DNA of 64,000 nucleotides from an uncultured Acidimicrobiales bacterium (GTDB lineage Bacteria; Actinomycetota; Acidimicrobiia; Acidimicrobiales; UBA10347): contig CALDYC010000023.1 of NCBI GenBank assembly GCA_937941245.1, forward strand, positions 3,643 through 67,642. Reading direction: 5' to 3'. Made by a program: the position numbers and the translations under genes. The notes below the pieces were generated by a model. It saw only the letters and a list, made by a program, of their open reading frames with translations, searched no databases and had not been told where the DNA came from. Below, piece by piece: positions 39,608-49,494 of the stretch (the stretch's first letter is position 1; the number at the start of each line of letters is the position of its first letter).

Positions 39608-39790
39608 GCAGCGCCGAAGCTACCGCCATCACTGTCCCGAAGCCCAAGAGCCCAACCGGCAGGTCAACAGAAAGCAATCTGCACCGGGTTCTGACGGACC
39701 GCCCGGTTCGAGCGCCTTCGCGGTCCCGTGTCGACACGATGAACTCGCCCCTCGCTGCACCCGATCAGCTCGCGCCAGTATCCTGCACTT

Positions 39791-40468
39791 GTGACATACG
39801 AGTCAGCCGAGTATCACCCCGCATTCGAGGAGTACAGCGAGACCATTTTCGAGTTGGTCGAAGACGGCGTCGAAGTCATCCAGGCGCGTATCGCCGATCG
39901 ATTGAATGTGTCGCGCCCGGCCGTTTCAGAGATGATCCGCAAAATGGTCGCGGCTGACCTTGTGGTTGTCGATGACGACACCGGAATCGCCCTGACCGCA
40001 TCCGGCGCCATCCTCGCGCAAACCGTCGTTCGCCGACACCGCCTAGCCGAGCGCTTTCTGACCGACATCCTCGACTTGAGCTGGACCGAAGCTCATCACG
40101 AAGCCGGACGCTGGGAGCATGTGATTTCGCCAGCAGTCGAGGCTGCTCTGGTTCGAATACTTGACGATCCAACAACGTGCCCCCACGGAAACCCGATTCC
40201 CGGCAGCGCATACCAGAAACCTGAGAACGCATGTCGACTCGCGGATGTCGACCCGGGCTGCGAGTTCATGATCCAGCGCATTCCTGAAGAACTCGAATTC
40301 GAACCGGGGCAACTTGAGTTTCTCGAAGCTTCGGGTCTCATGCCCGGCCGGTCGGGCACCATCTTGACGACGGCTCCAGACGGGACGACCACGGTCTCGA
40401 TCAATGGAGCCGCGGTCGGCGTGGGGGCATTCTCAGCCGAACGTATCCTCGTCTCAACCGCCGCCTGA
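39791..40468 (+). CDS. ideR: DtxR/IdeR-family iron-dependent transcriptional repressor with a C-terminal SH3-like domain
   Basis: The region runs from the N-terminal HTH through TCPHGNPIP, the metal-site region. It is 225 aa, consistent with an SH3-like C-terminal domain. Confidence 0.85.
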   Translation: MTYESAEYHPAFEEYSETIFELVEDGVEVIQARIADRLNVSRPAVSEMIRKMVAADLVVVDDDTGIALTASGAILAQTVVRRHRLAERFLTDILDLSWTEAHHEAGRWEHVISPAVEAALVRILDDPTTCPHGNPIPGSAYQKPENACRLADVDPGCEFMIQRIPEELEFEPGQLEFLEASGLMPGRSGTILTTAPDGTTTVSINGAAVGVGAFSAERILVSTAA

Positions 40469-40482
40469 CGATCGAGCCCTTC

Positions 40483-41550
40483 TTGGCCATGAGCGCCGCA
40501 CACGTCGCAGTGAGCGACGTCACCCACGGATACGGCGCTGGAACCGTGCTGCACGCGATCTCACTCGAAGTCGCTCCTGGCGAGTCACTTGCCTTGCTAG
40601 GTCCGAGTGGCTGCGGCAAGACCACCCTTCTTCGCACGATCGCCGGTTTGGAGCGCCCCGATACGGGCACCATCAACATCGGAGATCGCTGCGTAGCTTC
40701 AGCAAGTCAATGGATTCCGCCCGAAAAGCGACGCGTGGGCATGGTCTTCCAGGACTGGGCTCTCTTTCCGCACTTGAGCGTGGCGCGCAATGTGGCCTAC
40801 GGCCTCCATGGTTCAAAAAGCGACGTCTCGACGCGCGTCGGTCGCTCTCTCGAACTCGTTGAACTCTCTGGCCTTGAAGATCGGGCTCCCGCCACGTTGT
40901 CGGGCGGACAACAGCAGCGAGTTGCATTGGCGCGAGCTCTTGCACCCGAACCTGATGTGCTTCTTCTCGATGAGCCGTTCTCTAATCTCGATACGTCGCT
41001 GCGCATCGAGGTCCGAAGCGAAGTACATCGCCTGGTACACGAACTCGGAATCACCGCGATCTTTGTCACCCACGACCAAGAAGAAGCATTTCTCGTCGGC
41101 GACCGGGTGGCGGTCATGCACGGCGGGGTCATCGCCCAACATGACACGCCGAGGGCGATCTATACCCGACCTGCCAACCGGTGGGTGGCTGACTTCGTGG
41201 GCGCGGGTTCGTTTCTTCGCGGCACCGCCATCCGCAACGAGGTGCACTCACCTATTGGCGTGCTACCACTCGATTGCGATGCCGCGGTCGACGCGGACAG
41301 CCAGGCGAGTCTGACCGGTCAAGTCGATGCACTTGTTCGACCCGAACAGTTGCATCTCGTGCCTGGGCAGAGCGCAACCGTGACCGGAGTCGAGTTCTAC
41401 GGGCACGACTTAATGGTCGGCGTGGACATCGACGGACAACGCCTGACCGTGCGGTCTGGAGCCGATGACCCCGTCCAAACCGGCGATGCCGTGTCGGTCG
41501 CGTTCATCGGGTCAGCCGTCACCGCCTTCGCTTCTGAGCCACCTGGCTGA
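40483..41550 (+). CDS. ABC transporter ATP-binding protein (Fe3+/polyamine importer type, FbpC/PotA-like)
   Basis: It has Walker A GPSGCGKTT, the signature LSGGQQQRVALARAL and Walker B LLLDEPFSNLD, plus a C-terminal TOBE-like domain. Confidence 0.9.
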   Translation: MAMSAAHVAVSDVTHGYGAGTVLHAISLEVAPGESLALLGPSGCGKTTLLRTIAGLERPDTGTINIGDRCVASASQWIPPEKRRVGMVFQDWALFPHLSVARNVAYGLHGSKSDVSTRVGRSLELVELSGLEDRAPATLSGGQQQRVALARALAPEPDVLLLDEPFSNLDTSLRIEVRSEVHRLVHELGITAIFVTHDQEEAFLVGDRVAVMHGGVIAQHDTPRAIYTRPANRWVADFVGAGSFLRGTAIRNEVHSPIGVLPLDCDAAVDADSQASLTGQVDALVRPEQLHLVPGQSATVTGVEFYGHDLMVGVDIDGQRLTVRSGADDPVQTGDAVSVAFIGSAVTAFASEPPG

Positions 41551-41566
41551 ACGATCGGCCACCGCG

Positions 41567-41610
41567 GTGCCACCCAACCGCAGTGCCACCCAACCGCAGT
41601 GCCACCCAAG
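41567..41610. repeat. 2.75 direct copies of a 16-bp unit, GTGCCACCCAACCGCA, directly after the ABC ATPase stop
   Basis: Direct reading of the sequence. Confidence 0.85.
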
Positions 41611-41615
41611 AAATG

Positions 41616-41629
41616 TTAGGTACACCTAA
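41616..41629. promoter_or_regulatory. Iron-box-like inverted repeat TTAGGT-AC-ACCTAA, a putative IdeR/DtxR operator, upstream of the iron ABC substrate-binding protein gene
   Basis: The TTAGG / CCTAA half-sites are those of the actinobacterial IdeR box (TTAGGTTAGGCTAACCTAA), here with a shorter spacer. It sits 7-40 bp upstream of the candidate starts of the SBP gene. Confidence 0.5.
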
Positions 41630-41635
41630 CGCATT

Positions 41636-42751
41636 GTGGTGGTCACCGCTATCGTGTCCGGCGTGACGAAATCAACGAACTCTCGCACCGCTCGCGCGCT
41701 GGCCCTGCTCGCCGCACTCGCGCTCGTTGCCACATCATGTGGTGCTGATGACGCTGCGACGCTCGAAGGCCCCGCCGCAGACATCTATGCCGGTACGTGC
41801 GCCGACGCAACAGACACAACGATCACCGTCTATTCGGGACGCAGCGAAGAGCTTGTTGGACCAGTATTCGATGCCTTCACGTGTGAAACCGGCCACGCCA
41901 TCGCCCCTCGCTGGGGGGGCTCGACCGACATGGCACTGCTGCTCGGCGAAGAAGGCGAACGTTCCGCTGCAGATGTCTTTCTGTCTCGCTCCCCTGGCCC
42001 GGTCGGCTTCCTCGAAGGCAAGGGCCTGCTCGCCCCACTCGACGCCGACCTGCTCGACCTGGTCGACAGCTCGTTCGCCTCGGACGAGGGAACCTGGGTT
42101 GGATTCTCTGGCCGCCAGCGCGTTGCTGTCTACAGCACCGACACTGTCGAACCAGGCGAGCTTCCGGCATCGGTCTTCGACCTGACTGGCGAGGCGTGGC
42201 GCGATCGTGTGGCCATTCCAGCGACCAACGGGTCGTTCGCCGACTGGTTCACGGTGCTCCGCGAACAGTTCGGCAACGATGCTGCGGCTACCTGGCTCAA
42301 TGACATGGTCGCAAACGGTGCCCGCAGCTATCCAAACAACCGGTCAATCGTCGAAGCTGCCGGACGAGGTGAGATTGATCTCGGACTGGTCAACCACTAC
42401 TACAACTACCAGGAAGCTGCTGCACTTGGAGACAGCCATCGGGCAGCCAACCACGGGTTCGCTAACAACGACATCGGAGCCTTGCTCATGGTGAGCGCTG
42501 CTTCGATCACCAGCTCGAGCAACAACGTCGAAGCTTCAACCCAGCTCCTCACGTACCTGCTTAGCGAACCGGTACAGCAGTACTTCACAACGACCACCTT
42601 CGAATATCCAATCGCAGCTGGCGTCGACGCCATCGACGGCCTGGCACCTCTCGACGCAGCAGCGTTCGGCAGCATTGACTTCAACTCGCTCGGTGGCGGG
42701 TTCGAGGAGACCAACGCCATCATCGAAGCCAGCGGCATCCTCAACCAGTAA
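41636..42751 (+). CDS. Iron(III) ABC transporter substrate-binding lipoprotein (family-1 extracellular solute-binding protein, FbpA/AfuA-like)
   Basis: The signal peptide and lipobox are ALALLAALALVATSCG. The true start is probably the GTG at about 41666 (MTKSTNSR). Confidence 0.7.
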   Translation: MVVTAIVSGVTKSTNSRTARALALLAALALVATSCGADDAATLEGPAADIYAGTCADATDTTITVYSGRSEELVGPVFDAFTCETGHAIAPRWGGSTDMALLLGEEGERSAADVFLSRSPGPVGFLEGKGLLAPLDADLLDLVDSSFASDEGTWVGFSGRQRVAVYSTDTVEPGELPASVFDLTGEAWRDRVAIPATNGSFADWFTVLREQFGNDAAATWLNDMVANGARSYPNNRSIVEAAGRGEIDLGLVNHYYNYQEAAALGDSHRAANHGFANNDIGALLMVSAASITSSSNNVEASTQLLTYLLSEPVQQYFTTTTFEYPIAAGVDAIDGLAPLDAAAFGSIDFNSLGGGFEETNAIIEASGILNQ

Positions 42752-42793
42752 CGCTGCGGCCCCCACTCCAACCCATCTGTTCTCACACCTACC

Positions 42794-44398
42794 GTGATCG
42801 AGTCGTCCCCGAGCCGAAGCGCCCCAGCACCGCTGATGGTCGCCGCGGTGATTGGCGCGATCGGTTTCGCGTTTCCCGCCGGGTATGTGTTGTGGCGCAA
42901 CATCACTGCCGAAGCCGACGCGCTCGATCTCGTCTTTTCGGGTCGCATCGGCGCTCCGCTGTGGCGATCCCTCAAACTGGCGGTGGCGGTCTCAGTCACA
43001 GCCGGAGCCATCGGGACCGGCCTGGCATGGTTGGTCGCTCGAACCGACATCGCGTTTGCGCGCTTCTGGTACGGCGCTCTCGCGGTGCCACTCGTGTTCC
43101 CATCGTTCATCGGCGCAGCTGCCTTCATTAGAGCAATGAATCCCGGCGGTATCGCCAACGACCTTCTCGGGTCCTTTGGGGTCGACCAGACGCCCGAGCT
43201 CCGCGGGTTCGTCGGCGCCTGGCTCGTTCTCAGTCTGTTCACCTATCCCTATGTGTTCATGCCAGTCGCAGCCCGGCTGCGTCAGATCCCGGCATCGCTC
43301 GAAGAATCGGCCCGGCTGCTCGGCGACTCGTCCGCAACGGCGTTCCGACGGGTGGTTCTACCCCAAGTCATGCCGTCGATCGGCGCCGGCATGTTGCTCG
43401 TGTTTTTGTACGCGATCAGCGACTTCGGCGCAGTCAAGCTCATGCGTTACGACACGCTCACCCGGGCGATCGAGACCAACTACTTGGCCCGGCCCGACGT
43501 GGCCTTTGCGCTCAGCCTGGTGCTTATGGGGCTGGCCGCGGTCGCTGTCGGCGGCGAGCACCTGTTCTCGCGCTCACATGCCGTGACGGTCGACTCGCGA
43601 GCACCTCGGTTACGACGAACCGAACTCGGGCGCGGCCGCTTCGTCGCACTGCTCGCTGCTGCCTCGGTGTTCGCTCTCGCGACGCTCGCTCCGATCGTGG
43701 CGCTCGTCGACTGGGCTACCGCTGGTCGGTTCCGTGGTGTCGACACCGGCCGGCCGCTTCGTATTGATACCGGCGATGTCACCGAAGCGACAATCAACAC
43801 CGTCGGCGTCAGCCTTGCAACCGCGCTGTTTGCGGTGCTTGCCGTGCTTCCGATTGCGATCCTCGTCGGTCGATTTCGCAGCCGACCCGGTGGAATCGCA
43901 CACGGCATCGTCTTGGCATCGTTTGCCCTTCCCGGCATCTTGATCGCACTGGCCCTGCGATTCTGGACCTTGCGAACCGGAGTCGTCGGTGCGTGGCTCG
44001 CCGACACCCACGCACTGCTGATCTTCGCCTACGTCGTGCGATTCGGCTCACTCGCTATCGGCGTCACGCTCATTGCCGTGCGTTCAGTTCCGCCAACAGT
44101 CCGCGACGCGGCGCGAACCCTCGGCGCCAATCGACTGCGTCGACTCACCTCGCTCGACCTGCCGCTCATGCGCGGCGGGCTCATGGCGGGTGCCGGGCTC
44201 GTCCTTCTTTCGACCATGAAGGAATTGCCGATCAGCCTGTTGATCGCGCCGATCGGCTTCCCGACACTGACCACCCGAATCTTCTTCCTGTTCGAAGAGG
44301 CCTTCGTCACCGAAGCCGGAGTGCTTGCACTCGTGCTCGTGGCATGTTCGTTTGCTCTTACTTGGGCGCTCGTGTTGCGGCGCTCCGACCTCACGTGA
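42794..44398 (+). CDS. Iron ABC transporter permease with two fused permease domains (FbpB-like)
   Basis: It is 534 aa with 12 TM segments and two EAA-like permease repeats. Confidence 0.8.
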   Translation: MIESSPSRSAPAPLMVAAVIGAIGFAFPAGYVLWRNITAEADALDLVFSGRIGAPLWRSLKLAVAVSVTAGAIGTGLAWLVARTDIAFARFWYGALAVPLVFPSFIGAAAFIRAMNPGGIANDLLGSFGVDQTPELRGFVGAWLVLSLFTYPYVFMPVAARLRQIPASLEESARLLGDSSATAFRRVVLPQVMPSIGAGMLLVFLYAISDFGAVKLMRYDTLTRAIETNYLARPDVAFALSLVLMGLAAVAVGGEHLFSRSHAVTVDSRAPRLRRTELGRGRFVALLAAASVFALATLAPIVALVDWATAGRFRGVDTGRPLRIDTGDVTEATINTVGVSLATALFAVLAVLPIAILVGRFRSRPGGIAHGIVLASFALPGILIALALRFWTLRTGVVGAWLADTHALLIFAYVVRFGSLAIGVTLIAVRSVPPTVRDAARTLGANRLRRLTSLDLPLMRGGLMAGAGLVLLSTMKELPISLLIAPIGFPTLTTRIFFLFEEAFVTEAGVLALVLVACSFALTWALVLRRSDLT

Positions 44399-44446
44399 AC
44401 CCGTCGGGGTGACAGCCGCCTGACACCCGTCGAGTACGTTCTGCCG

Positions 44447-45631
44447 GTGCCACAAGCGTCGAGACCGGTCCCACGGTCGACCATGATCATCACCTTCGCC
44501 ACGCTCATGCTCGCGGCCGGAGTGGCACAGGGTTTCGGCCGATTCACATTCGGCGTACTGCTGCCCCAGGTCCGCGAGGACCTGCTCGACGGTTCGAACA
44601 CGTTGGCCGGCTTCCTCGCCACATCGAACACGTTCGCCTATCTCATCGGCGCATTGCTTGTCGGCTCGTTCTCGGCCCGACTCACACCCGTTGCATCGGT
44701 TCGGATCGGCTTGTTCTTCTCGGTCACCGGACTGGGACTCGCCGTCATTGCCCCGAACGCGCTCGCGCTGACCGGTGCGCTCATTCTGATGGGGCTGGGC
44801 GGCGCCGCGATCTGGATTCCCAGTCCCGGCATTGCGGCAACAGTCGTTCCGGAACGGATCCGCGGGCTAGCCGTTGGATTGACCGGAAGCGGCGTGGGTG
44901 TCGGCATCGTGTTCAGCGGACAACTCAACAGCCGAATCACCTCCACAGGAGGCGAATGGCGCGATGTGTACGCAATCGAAGCTCTCATCGGGCTGGCCGC
45001 GATCGTTCTGGTCTTTGTGGTACTGCGCAATCGCGGGGGAACGCAACCCTCGGGCGGATTTGGCGGCTTCGCGGTGCTGTCCGAACTCGAAGGTTGGAAG
45101 CCGGTGACCATCTGCTATTTCGTGTACGGCTTCGGCTACCTACTCATCATCGCGTTCCTCGCCGCTCGGCTACAGGACGACAACGGATTTGCCGAGTCGA
45201 CCGCCAGCCGCATTTTCGCCTTGGCCGGCGGTTGCACCATCTTTGGCGGGGTGCTGCTTGGACGCATCTCTGATCGATTCGGACGCCGACGCACCTTGAT
45301 GGTCGGCTATCCGCTGTGGGCCGTTGGCGTCGGCCTGGTCCTGAGCGGGAACCTGGCGGCGATCGTGACCGGAGCCGTGATTCTCGGGGTGCTCTTCGGC
45401 GGGTTGCCGTCGGTGATCGCCGCGTACCTGATCGACCGCACCGACTCCTCGACCTATGGACCCTCGTACGCGGCAGCCACGTTCGTGTTCGGGCTAGCCC
45501 AGGTTGCGGCTCCACAGTTCGGTGGCCTGATCGCTGATTGGCGAGGATCGTTTACCGCGGTATTCGTCACCTCAGCGGTCGTCATGGCGTTGGGCGGAGT
45601 CAGCGCCAGTCGTCTCCCGATAGGAAGTTGA
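44447..45631 (+). CDS. MFS transporter
   Basis: It is hydrophobic over about 380 aa with 12 TM segments. The start may be the Met at 44483. Confidence 0.7.
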   Translation: MPQASRPVPRSTMIITFATLMLAAGVAQGFGRFTFGVLLPQVREDLLDGSNTLAGFLATSNTFAYLIGALLVGSFSARLTPVASVRIGLFFSVTGLGLAVIAPNALALTGALILMGLGGAAIWIPSPGIAATVVPERIRGLAVGLTGSGVGVGIVFSGQLNSRITSTGGEWRDVYAIEALIGLAAIVLVFVVLRNRGGTQPSGGFGGFAVLSELEGWKPVTICYFVYGFGYLLIIAFLAARLQDDNGFAESTASRIFALAGGCTIFGGVLLGRISDRFGRRRTLMVGYPLWAVGVGLVLSGNLAAIVTGAVILGVLFGGLPSVIAAYLIDRTDSSTYGPSYAAATFVFGLAQVAAPQFGGLIADWRGSFTAVFVTSAVVMALGGVSASRLPIGS

Positions 45632-45642
45632 GGCGAGAACGA

Positions 45643-45888
45643 TCAGCGAGCGAGTCGTCGCAGTGGAGGCAACGTTTTCGGCGGCGCCTTGCGGGGCGGA
45701 AGCTCACCCAACAGTTCACGTGTCGCGTCGGCGATTTTCGCCACCGCTGCGTCAAATGCCTGCTCGGTTGCCGACGAGACTTTGGCAACCCCACCGACCT
45801 TTCGGCAGTACTGCACCGCCGCGGCGACGATCTCATCATCGGTTGCGCGTGGTTCGAGTCCTCGGAGCGTGGTGATGTTGCGACACAT
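45643..45888 (-). CDS. DUF2277-family small protein
   Basis: MCRNITTLRGLEPRATDDEIVAAAVQYCRKVGG matches the conserved DUF2277 N-terminus. I placed the start at MCRNI. Confidence 0.6.
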   Translation of the reverse strand: MCRNITTLRGLEPRATDDEIVAAAVQYCRKVGGVAKVSSATEQAFDAAVAKIADATRELLGELPPRKAPPKTLPPLRRLAR

Positions 45889-45907
45889 GGGCGCACAATA
45901 GAACGCT

Positions 45908-46735
45908 GTGAGCGACAACGACCCAAACAACTGGACGCCGGCCGACGTCAGCAAGGTCTTCGACCTCGAGCCACACGGCTCTGATGTCTGGGTAGGCGAA
46001 AGCCCTGCGTACCCCTGGGGGCGGATCTACGGCGGATTGGTAATCGCCCAGTCGCTGTGGGCCGCGACCCAAACCGTCGTCCCCGAGCACACGGTCAACT
46101 CGCTGCACGGGTACTTCATCCTCGGCGGCAACCTCGACGAACCTGTCCGCTACGAGGTTGATCGCATTCGCAACGGCCGCTCGTTTACGACCCGTCGGGT
46201 TGTCGCCCGCCAAAGCGGCGGCGCCATCTTCACGATGTCGTGTTCATTTCAGCGTCACGAAGATGGCATCGAGACCCAGACCGCAGTCTTTCCCGGCGAC
46301 GCGGTGTCGCCCGACACAGTCGAGACCCGCGCCGACGGCTCCGGATCGGACTGGTTCGAACACGAGCTCCCTGCAGGTTCGCCGCGTTCGATGATCTGGA
46401 CCCGATTTCTCGGCGAGCTCGGCGATGATCCGCGCCTGCACGCATGTGCGATTGCGTACCTGAGCGATTCGAACCCAATGGATGCGGTAGCCCACACCCA
46501 TCCGCACAAAGTTCCCGACGGAAGCCAATGGGACGACGTGTTCATGAGCGCAAGCCTGGATCATGCAATGTGGTTTCACCGCCCGACCAACGCCAACGAC
46601 TGGCTACTGATCGATATGAACGGTCAGGGGATATTGCGCACCCGTGGACTGAGCACCGGTCACATGTTCAGCGCTGACGGCACCCACATCGCAACAATTG
46701 CCCAAGAAGGCTTGATCCGCGAACTGCGCCGCTGA
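45908..46735 (+). CDS. tesB: Acyl-CoA thioesterase II
   Basis: It has a double hotdog fold with the motifs GGLVIAQSLWAA and RSFTTRRV; the protein is 275 aa. Confidence 0.8.
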   Translation: MSDNDPNNWTPADVSKVFDLEPHGSDVWVGESPAYPWGRIYGGLVIAQSLWAATQTVVPEHTVNSLHGYFILGGNLDEPVRYEVDRIRNGRSFTTRRVVARQSGGAIFTMSCSFQRHEDGIETQTAVFPGDAVSPDTVETRADGSGSDWFEHELPAGSPRSMIWTRFLGELGDDPRLHACAIAYLSDSNPMDAVAHTHPHKVPDGSQWDDVFMSASLDHAMWFHRPTNANDWLLIDMNGQGILRTRGLSTGHMFSADGTHIATIAQEGLIRELRR

Positions 46736-46747
46736 TCGAGCAAATTC

Positions 46748-47533
46748 TCACAACGCGGGCACGTTGCCCGCACTTGGAACGACGACCACGGCACCGTCGC
46801 GGTGCAACACCTGTACCCGCGCCCGGTAGTGCGCGGCGATGTTCGCTTCGGTCAGTACGTCAACCGCCGACCCCGAAGCAACGATCGTTCCACGATCGAC
46901 CAGAACCAGTCGCGTCGCGCACTGACCGGCGAGGGTCAGGTCGTGCATGGTCGAAATCATGGTCTGGCCGTGTTCGGTTCGAAGCCGGTCGAGGACATCG
47001 AGCACCTCTTGTTGGTGGCCGAGATCGAGCGCGCTCGTCGGTTCATCAAGCAGCATGAGCGGAGCCTGTTGGGCGACCGCACGAGCGATTGCTGCCCGTT
47101 GCTGCTCGCCGCCCGACAGCGTGTCAACCGATCGACCGGCAAGCGACTCGAGATCAAGGTCAGCGATGACCTGCTCGACGATCTCGATGTCGCGTGACGA
47201 TTCATGAGCGAACAGCCCAAGGTGCGGTGTGCGGCCCAGTAGTACGTAGTCAAAGACCGCCATGCCTGCGGGAATCACCGGCGACTGCGGCACCCACGAC
47301 ACTCGCAGCGCTCGCTCTTTCGGCTTGAGATCCGCGGTACTGCTACCGCCGATCAGCACGCTTCCTGAAATGTCGACCGCACCGGCGATTGCCCGCAGCA
47401 AGGTCGACTTGCCGGCACCGTTGGGCCCGATGATCGATAGCCACTCTCCGGCTTCGACCTGCAGTGAAATGCCGCTCAGAACCTCGACGCTGCCGAAGCT
47501 GACATGCACGTCGTTGATCTCGACAGCCGTCAT
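46748..47533 (-). CDS. ABC transporter ATP-binding protein of a FecCD/BtuCD-type importer
   Basis: It has Walker A GPNGAGKST, the signature LSGGEQQRAAIARAV and Walker B LLDEPTSALD. I placed the start at MTAVEIN, where it overlaps the permease stop as ATGA. Confidence 0.85.
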   Translation of the reverse strand: MTAVEINDVHVSFGSVEVLSGISLQVEAGEWLSIIGPNGAGKSTLLRAIAGAVDISGSVLIGGSSTADLKPKERALRVSWVPQSPVIPAGMAVFDYVLLGRTPHLGLFAHESSRDIEIVEQVIADLDLESLAGRSVDTLSGGEQQRAAIARAVAQQAPLMLLDEPTSALDLGHQQEVLDVLDRLRTEHGQTMISTMHDLTLAGQCATRLVLVDRGTIVASGSAVDVLTEANIAAHYRARVQVLHRDGAVVVVPSAGNVPAL

Positions 47534-48567
47534 CGGTGTGCTGCCGTTCGCAGGATGAACACGAAGAACGGTGCACCGAAAAACGCGGTGATCACGCCGA
47601 TGGGGACTTCCGCCGGCGAAAGGACAGTCCGCGCAGCCAGGTCGCATAGAGCGAGGAAGCCAGCGCCGAACAACATCGACAACGGGAGCACGACTTTGAA
47701 ACTCGATCCAAATACCAGCCGGACCGCGTGGGGGACGATCAGGCCAACAAACGCGATCAGCCCGCTCACGGCAACGGCCGAGGCCGTCAATAGGGCTCCA
47801 AATACGACCAGAACAACTCGTACCTGACCGACTTTGAAACCCAGCATCTGTGCTTCTTCGTCACCGACAGACAAGACGTCGAGCGGCCGACCAGCGAGCA
47901 TGAGCACAACCAGACAGACCGTGAGCACCGGGACAATTTGGAGGGTGTCGTCCCAACCACTTGTCGTTAGACCGCCGAGAAACCAGTTGTAGATCTGACG
48001 GATGTCTTCAGTATCGCGCTGCTGGAAATAGGTCTGGACGGCGGTGAAGAAGCTCGCAACCGCCACTCCTGCGAGGATCAGCGACGTTGTTGATCTGGTC
48101 CGATCGCTCAGCGCTCCCATCGTCCAGGTGAGCGCCACCGAGACCAGACAGCCAATGAACGCAGCGACCTGTACGCCATCGAAGAGTCCCAAGCCGTCAC
48201 CCCAGCCGTACACGAATCCCAGCGTTGCACCCAGCCCGCCGCCGGCGGCAACGCCGAGCAGATAAGGATCTGCAAGCGGATTGCGGAACACACCCTGGAA
48301 CGTCGCTCCTGACGTCGCAAGCGCAGCGCCCACGCACAACCCGAGCGCAACGCGAGGCAACCGCAGGTTCCACACAATCGACCGCTCGGTGCGTGACAGG
48401 CCGCTATCGATGCTTCCTGGCGTGAGTCGGTCAAAGCTCTCAACGAGGACGCCCCACGGCGAGATGCCCGTCGGTCCGATCATCAGCGCAAGCAGTGAGC
48501 AGGCCAAAACAAAGACCACCCCGCCCGCAAGCCACAGGGGCTTGACGCGGACGGGGTGGGCAGACAT
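47530..48567 (-). CDS. FecCD-family ABC permease (BtuC/FhuB-like)
   Basis: It is 345 aa and hydrophobic with 9-10 TM segments, the FecCD architecture. Confidence 0.85.
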   Translation of the reverse strand: MSAHPVRVKPLWLAGGVVFVLACSLLALMIGPTGISPWGVLVESFDRLTPGSIDSGLSRTERSIVWNLRLPRVALGLCVGAALATSGATFQGVFRNPLADPYLLGVAAGGGLGATLGFVYGWGDGLGLFDGVQVAAFIGCLVSVALTWTMGALSDRTRSTTSLILAGVAVASFFTAVQTYFQQRDTEDIRQIYNWFLGGLTTSGWDDTLQIVPVLTVCLVVLMLAGRPLDVLSVGDEEAQMLGFKVGQVRVVLVVFGALLTASAVAVSGLIAFVGLIVPHAVRLVFGSSFKVVLPLSMLFGAGFLALCDLAARTVLSPAEVPIGVITAFFGAPFFVFILRTAAHR

Positions 48568-48600
48568 TTCTGGAGTAACCAGATCGACGGACGATGGGCG

Positions 48601-49479
48601 TCAGCCCGCCGGGACCGCTTCGATTTGAGCGACTGCGCTTCCGACCGTTTCGATGAACTCAACCAGGCGTGGTCCCCAACGGCTGGCGACGTCGTCGTTG
48701 AGTTCGACCACGTTGCCGTTCTGCACGGCAGTGAACTCGCTCCAGCCGGGGCGCTCGGCGACCGTTGCCGCACTCTGCTCGCAGCAGATCGTGTCGGCGA
48801 GGAAGATGATGTCCGGGTTGGCGGTCGTGAGGTATTCCTCGTTCAGCTGCGGATACCCGAACGACGCCCCGTCAGGATCCGCCGCGTCTGCAACGTTTTC
48901 CAGACCTAGCAGTGAGTAGACCTCACCAACAAAGGTCGACGATGTCACGGTGTACAGCGTGTTGTCGAGCTCGTGGTAGAAGGTGAGGGGCACCTCGCGC
49001 GTGGGCAGGCTCTCGAGCACCGCATCGATGTCGGTTTGCATCGCCAGGACCAGTTCGGCGGCGTCTCCGACGTGTCCGGTTGCAGCACCGATTTGTTCGA
49101 TCTGCGCATACACGTCGTCGAAGCTGACTGCAGCGGGCAGCACCATGTTCTCGATGCCGATCGCATCAAGCCCTTCGATTGGTGACTGCGAGAGCACCAA
49201 GTCAGGCTCATACGACGCAATGGCTTCGACATTTGGGTCGAAGCCCGAAAGATCGGTCATGGGCGTGCCGTCGGGGTAGTTCGAGAATCCGTCGACGGCT
49301 ACCACTTGGTCGCCAGCGCCCACGGCGTAGAGCATTTCTGTTGCCGTCGGCGACAGCGACACAATGACCATCGGCGCATTGGCTGGGTCAGCGGTGTCAG
49401 CGTCATCGTCGCTGCTGCCACAAGCAACCGCCACCATGGCAAAGGCCATACACAACACCAGTAGTGCTTTGTTCTTCAT
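48601..49479 (-). CDS. Class-III periplasmic-binding lipoprotein (BtuF-like cobalamin/siderophore binding)
   Basis: The signal peptide and lipobox are MKNKALLVLCMAFAMVAVACGS, and the protein has the BtuF-like two-lobe length. Confidence 0.75.
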   Translation of the reverse strand: MKNKALLVLCMAFAMVAVACGSSDDDADTADPANAPMVIVSLSPTATEMLYAVGAGDQVVAVDGFSNYPDGTPMTDLSGFDPNVEAIASYEPDLVLSQSPIEGLDAIGIENMVLPAAVSFDDVYAQIEQIGAATGHVGDAAELVLAMQTDIDAVLESLPTREVPLTFYHELDNTLYTVTSSTFVGEVYSLLGLENVADAADPDGASFGYPQLNEEYLTTANPDIIFLADTICCEQSAATVAERPGWSEFTAVQNGNVVELNDDVASRWGPRLVEFIETVGSAVAQIEAVPAG

Positions 49480-49494
49480 CTGAAACGCTCCTGT

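Noticed and set aside
39608-39790. B12-box-like fragment GACCTGCCGG upstream of cobT as a second cobalamin riboswitch
   Set aside because: The GGTGnAAnTCC / CCCGCAAC.GT core could not be found around it. The isolated decamer is insufficient.
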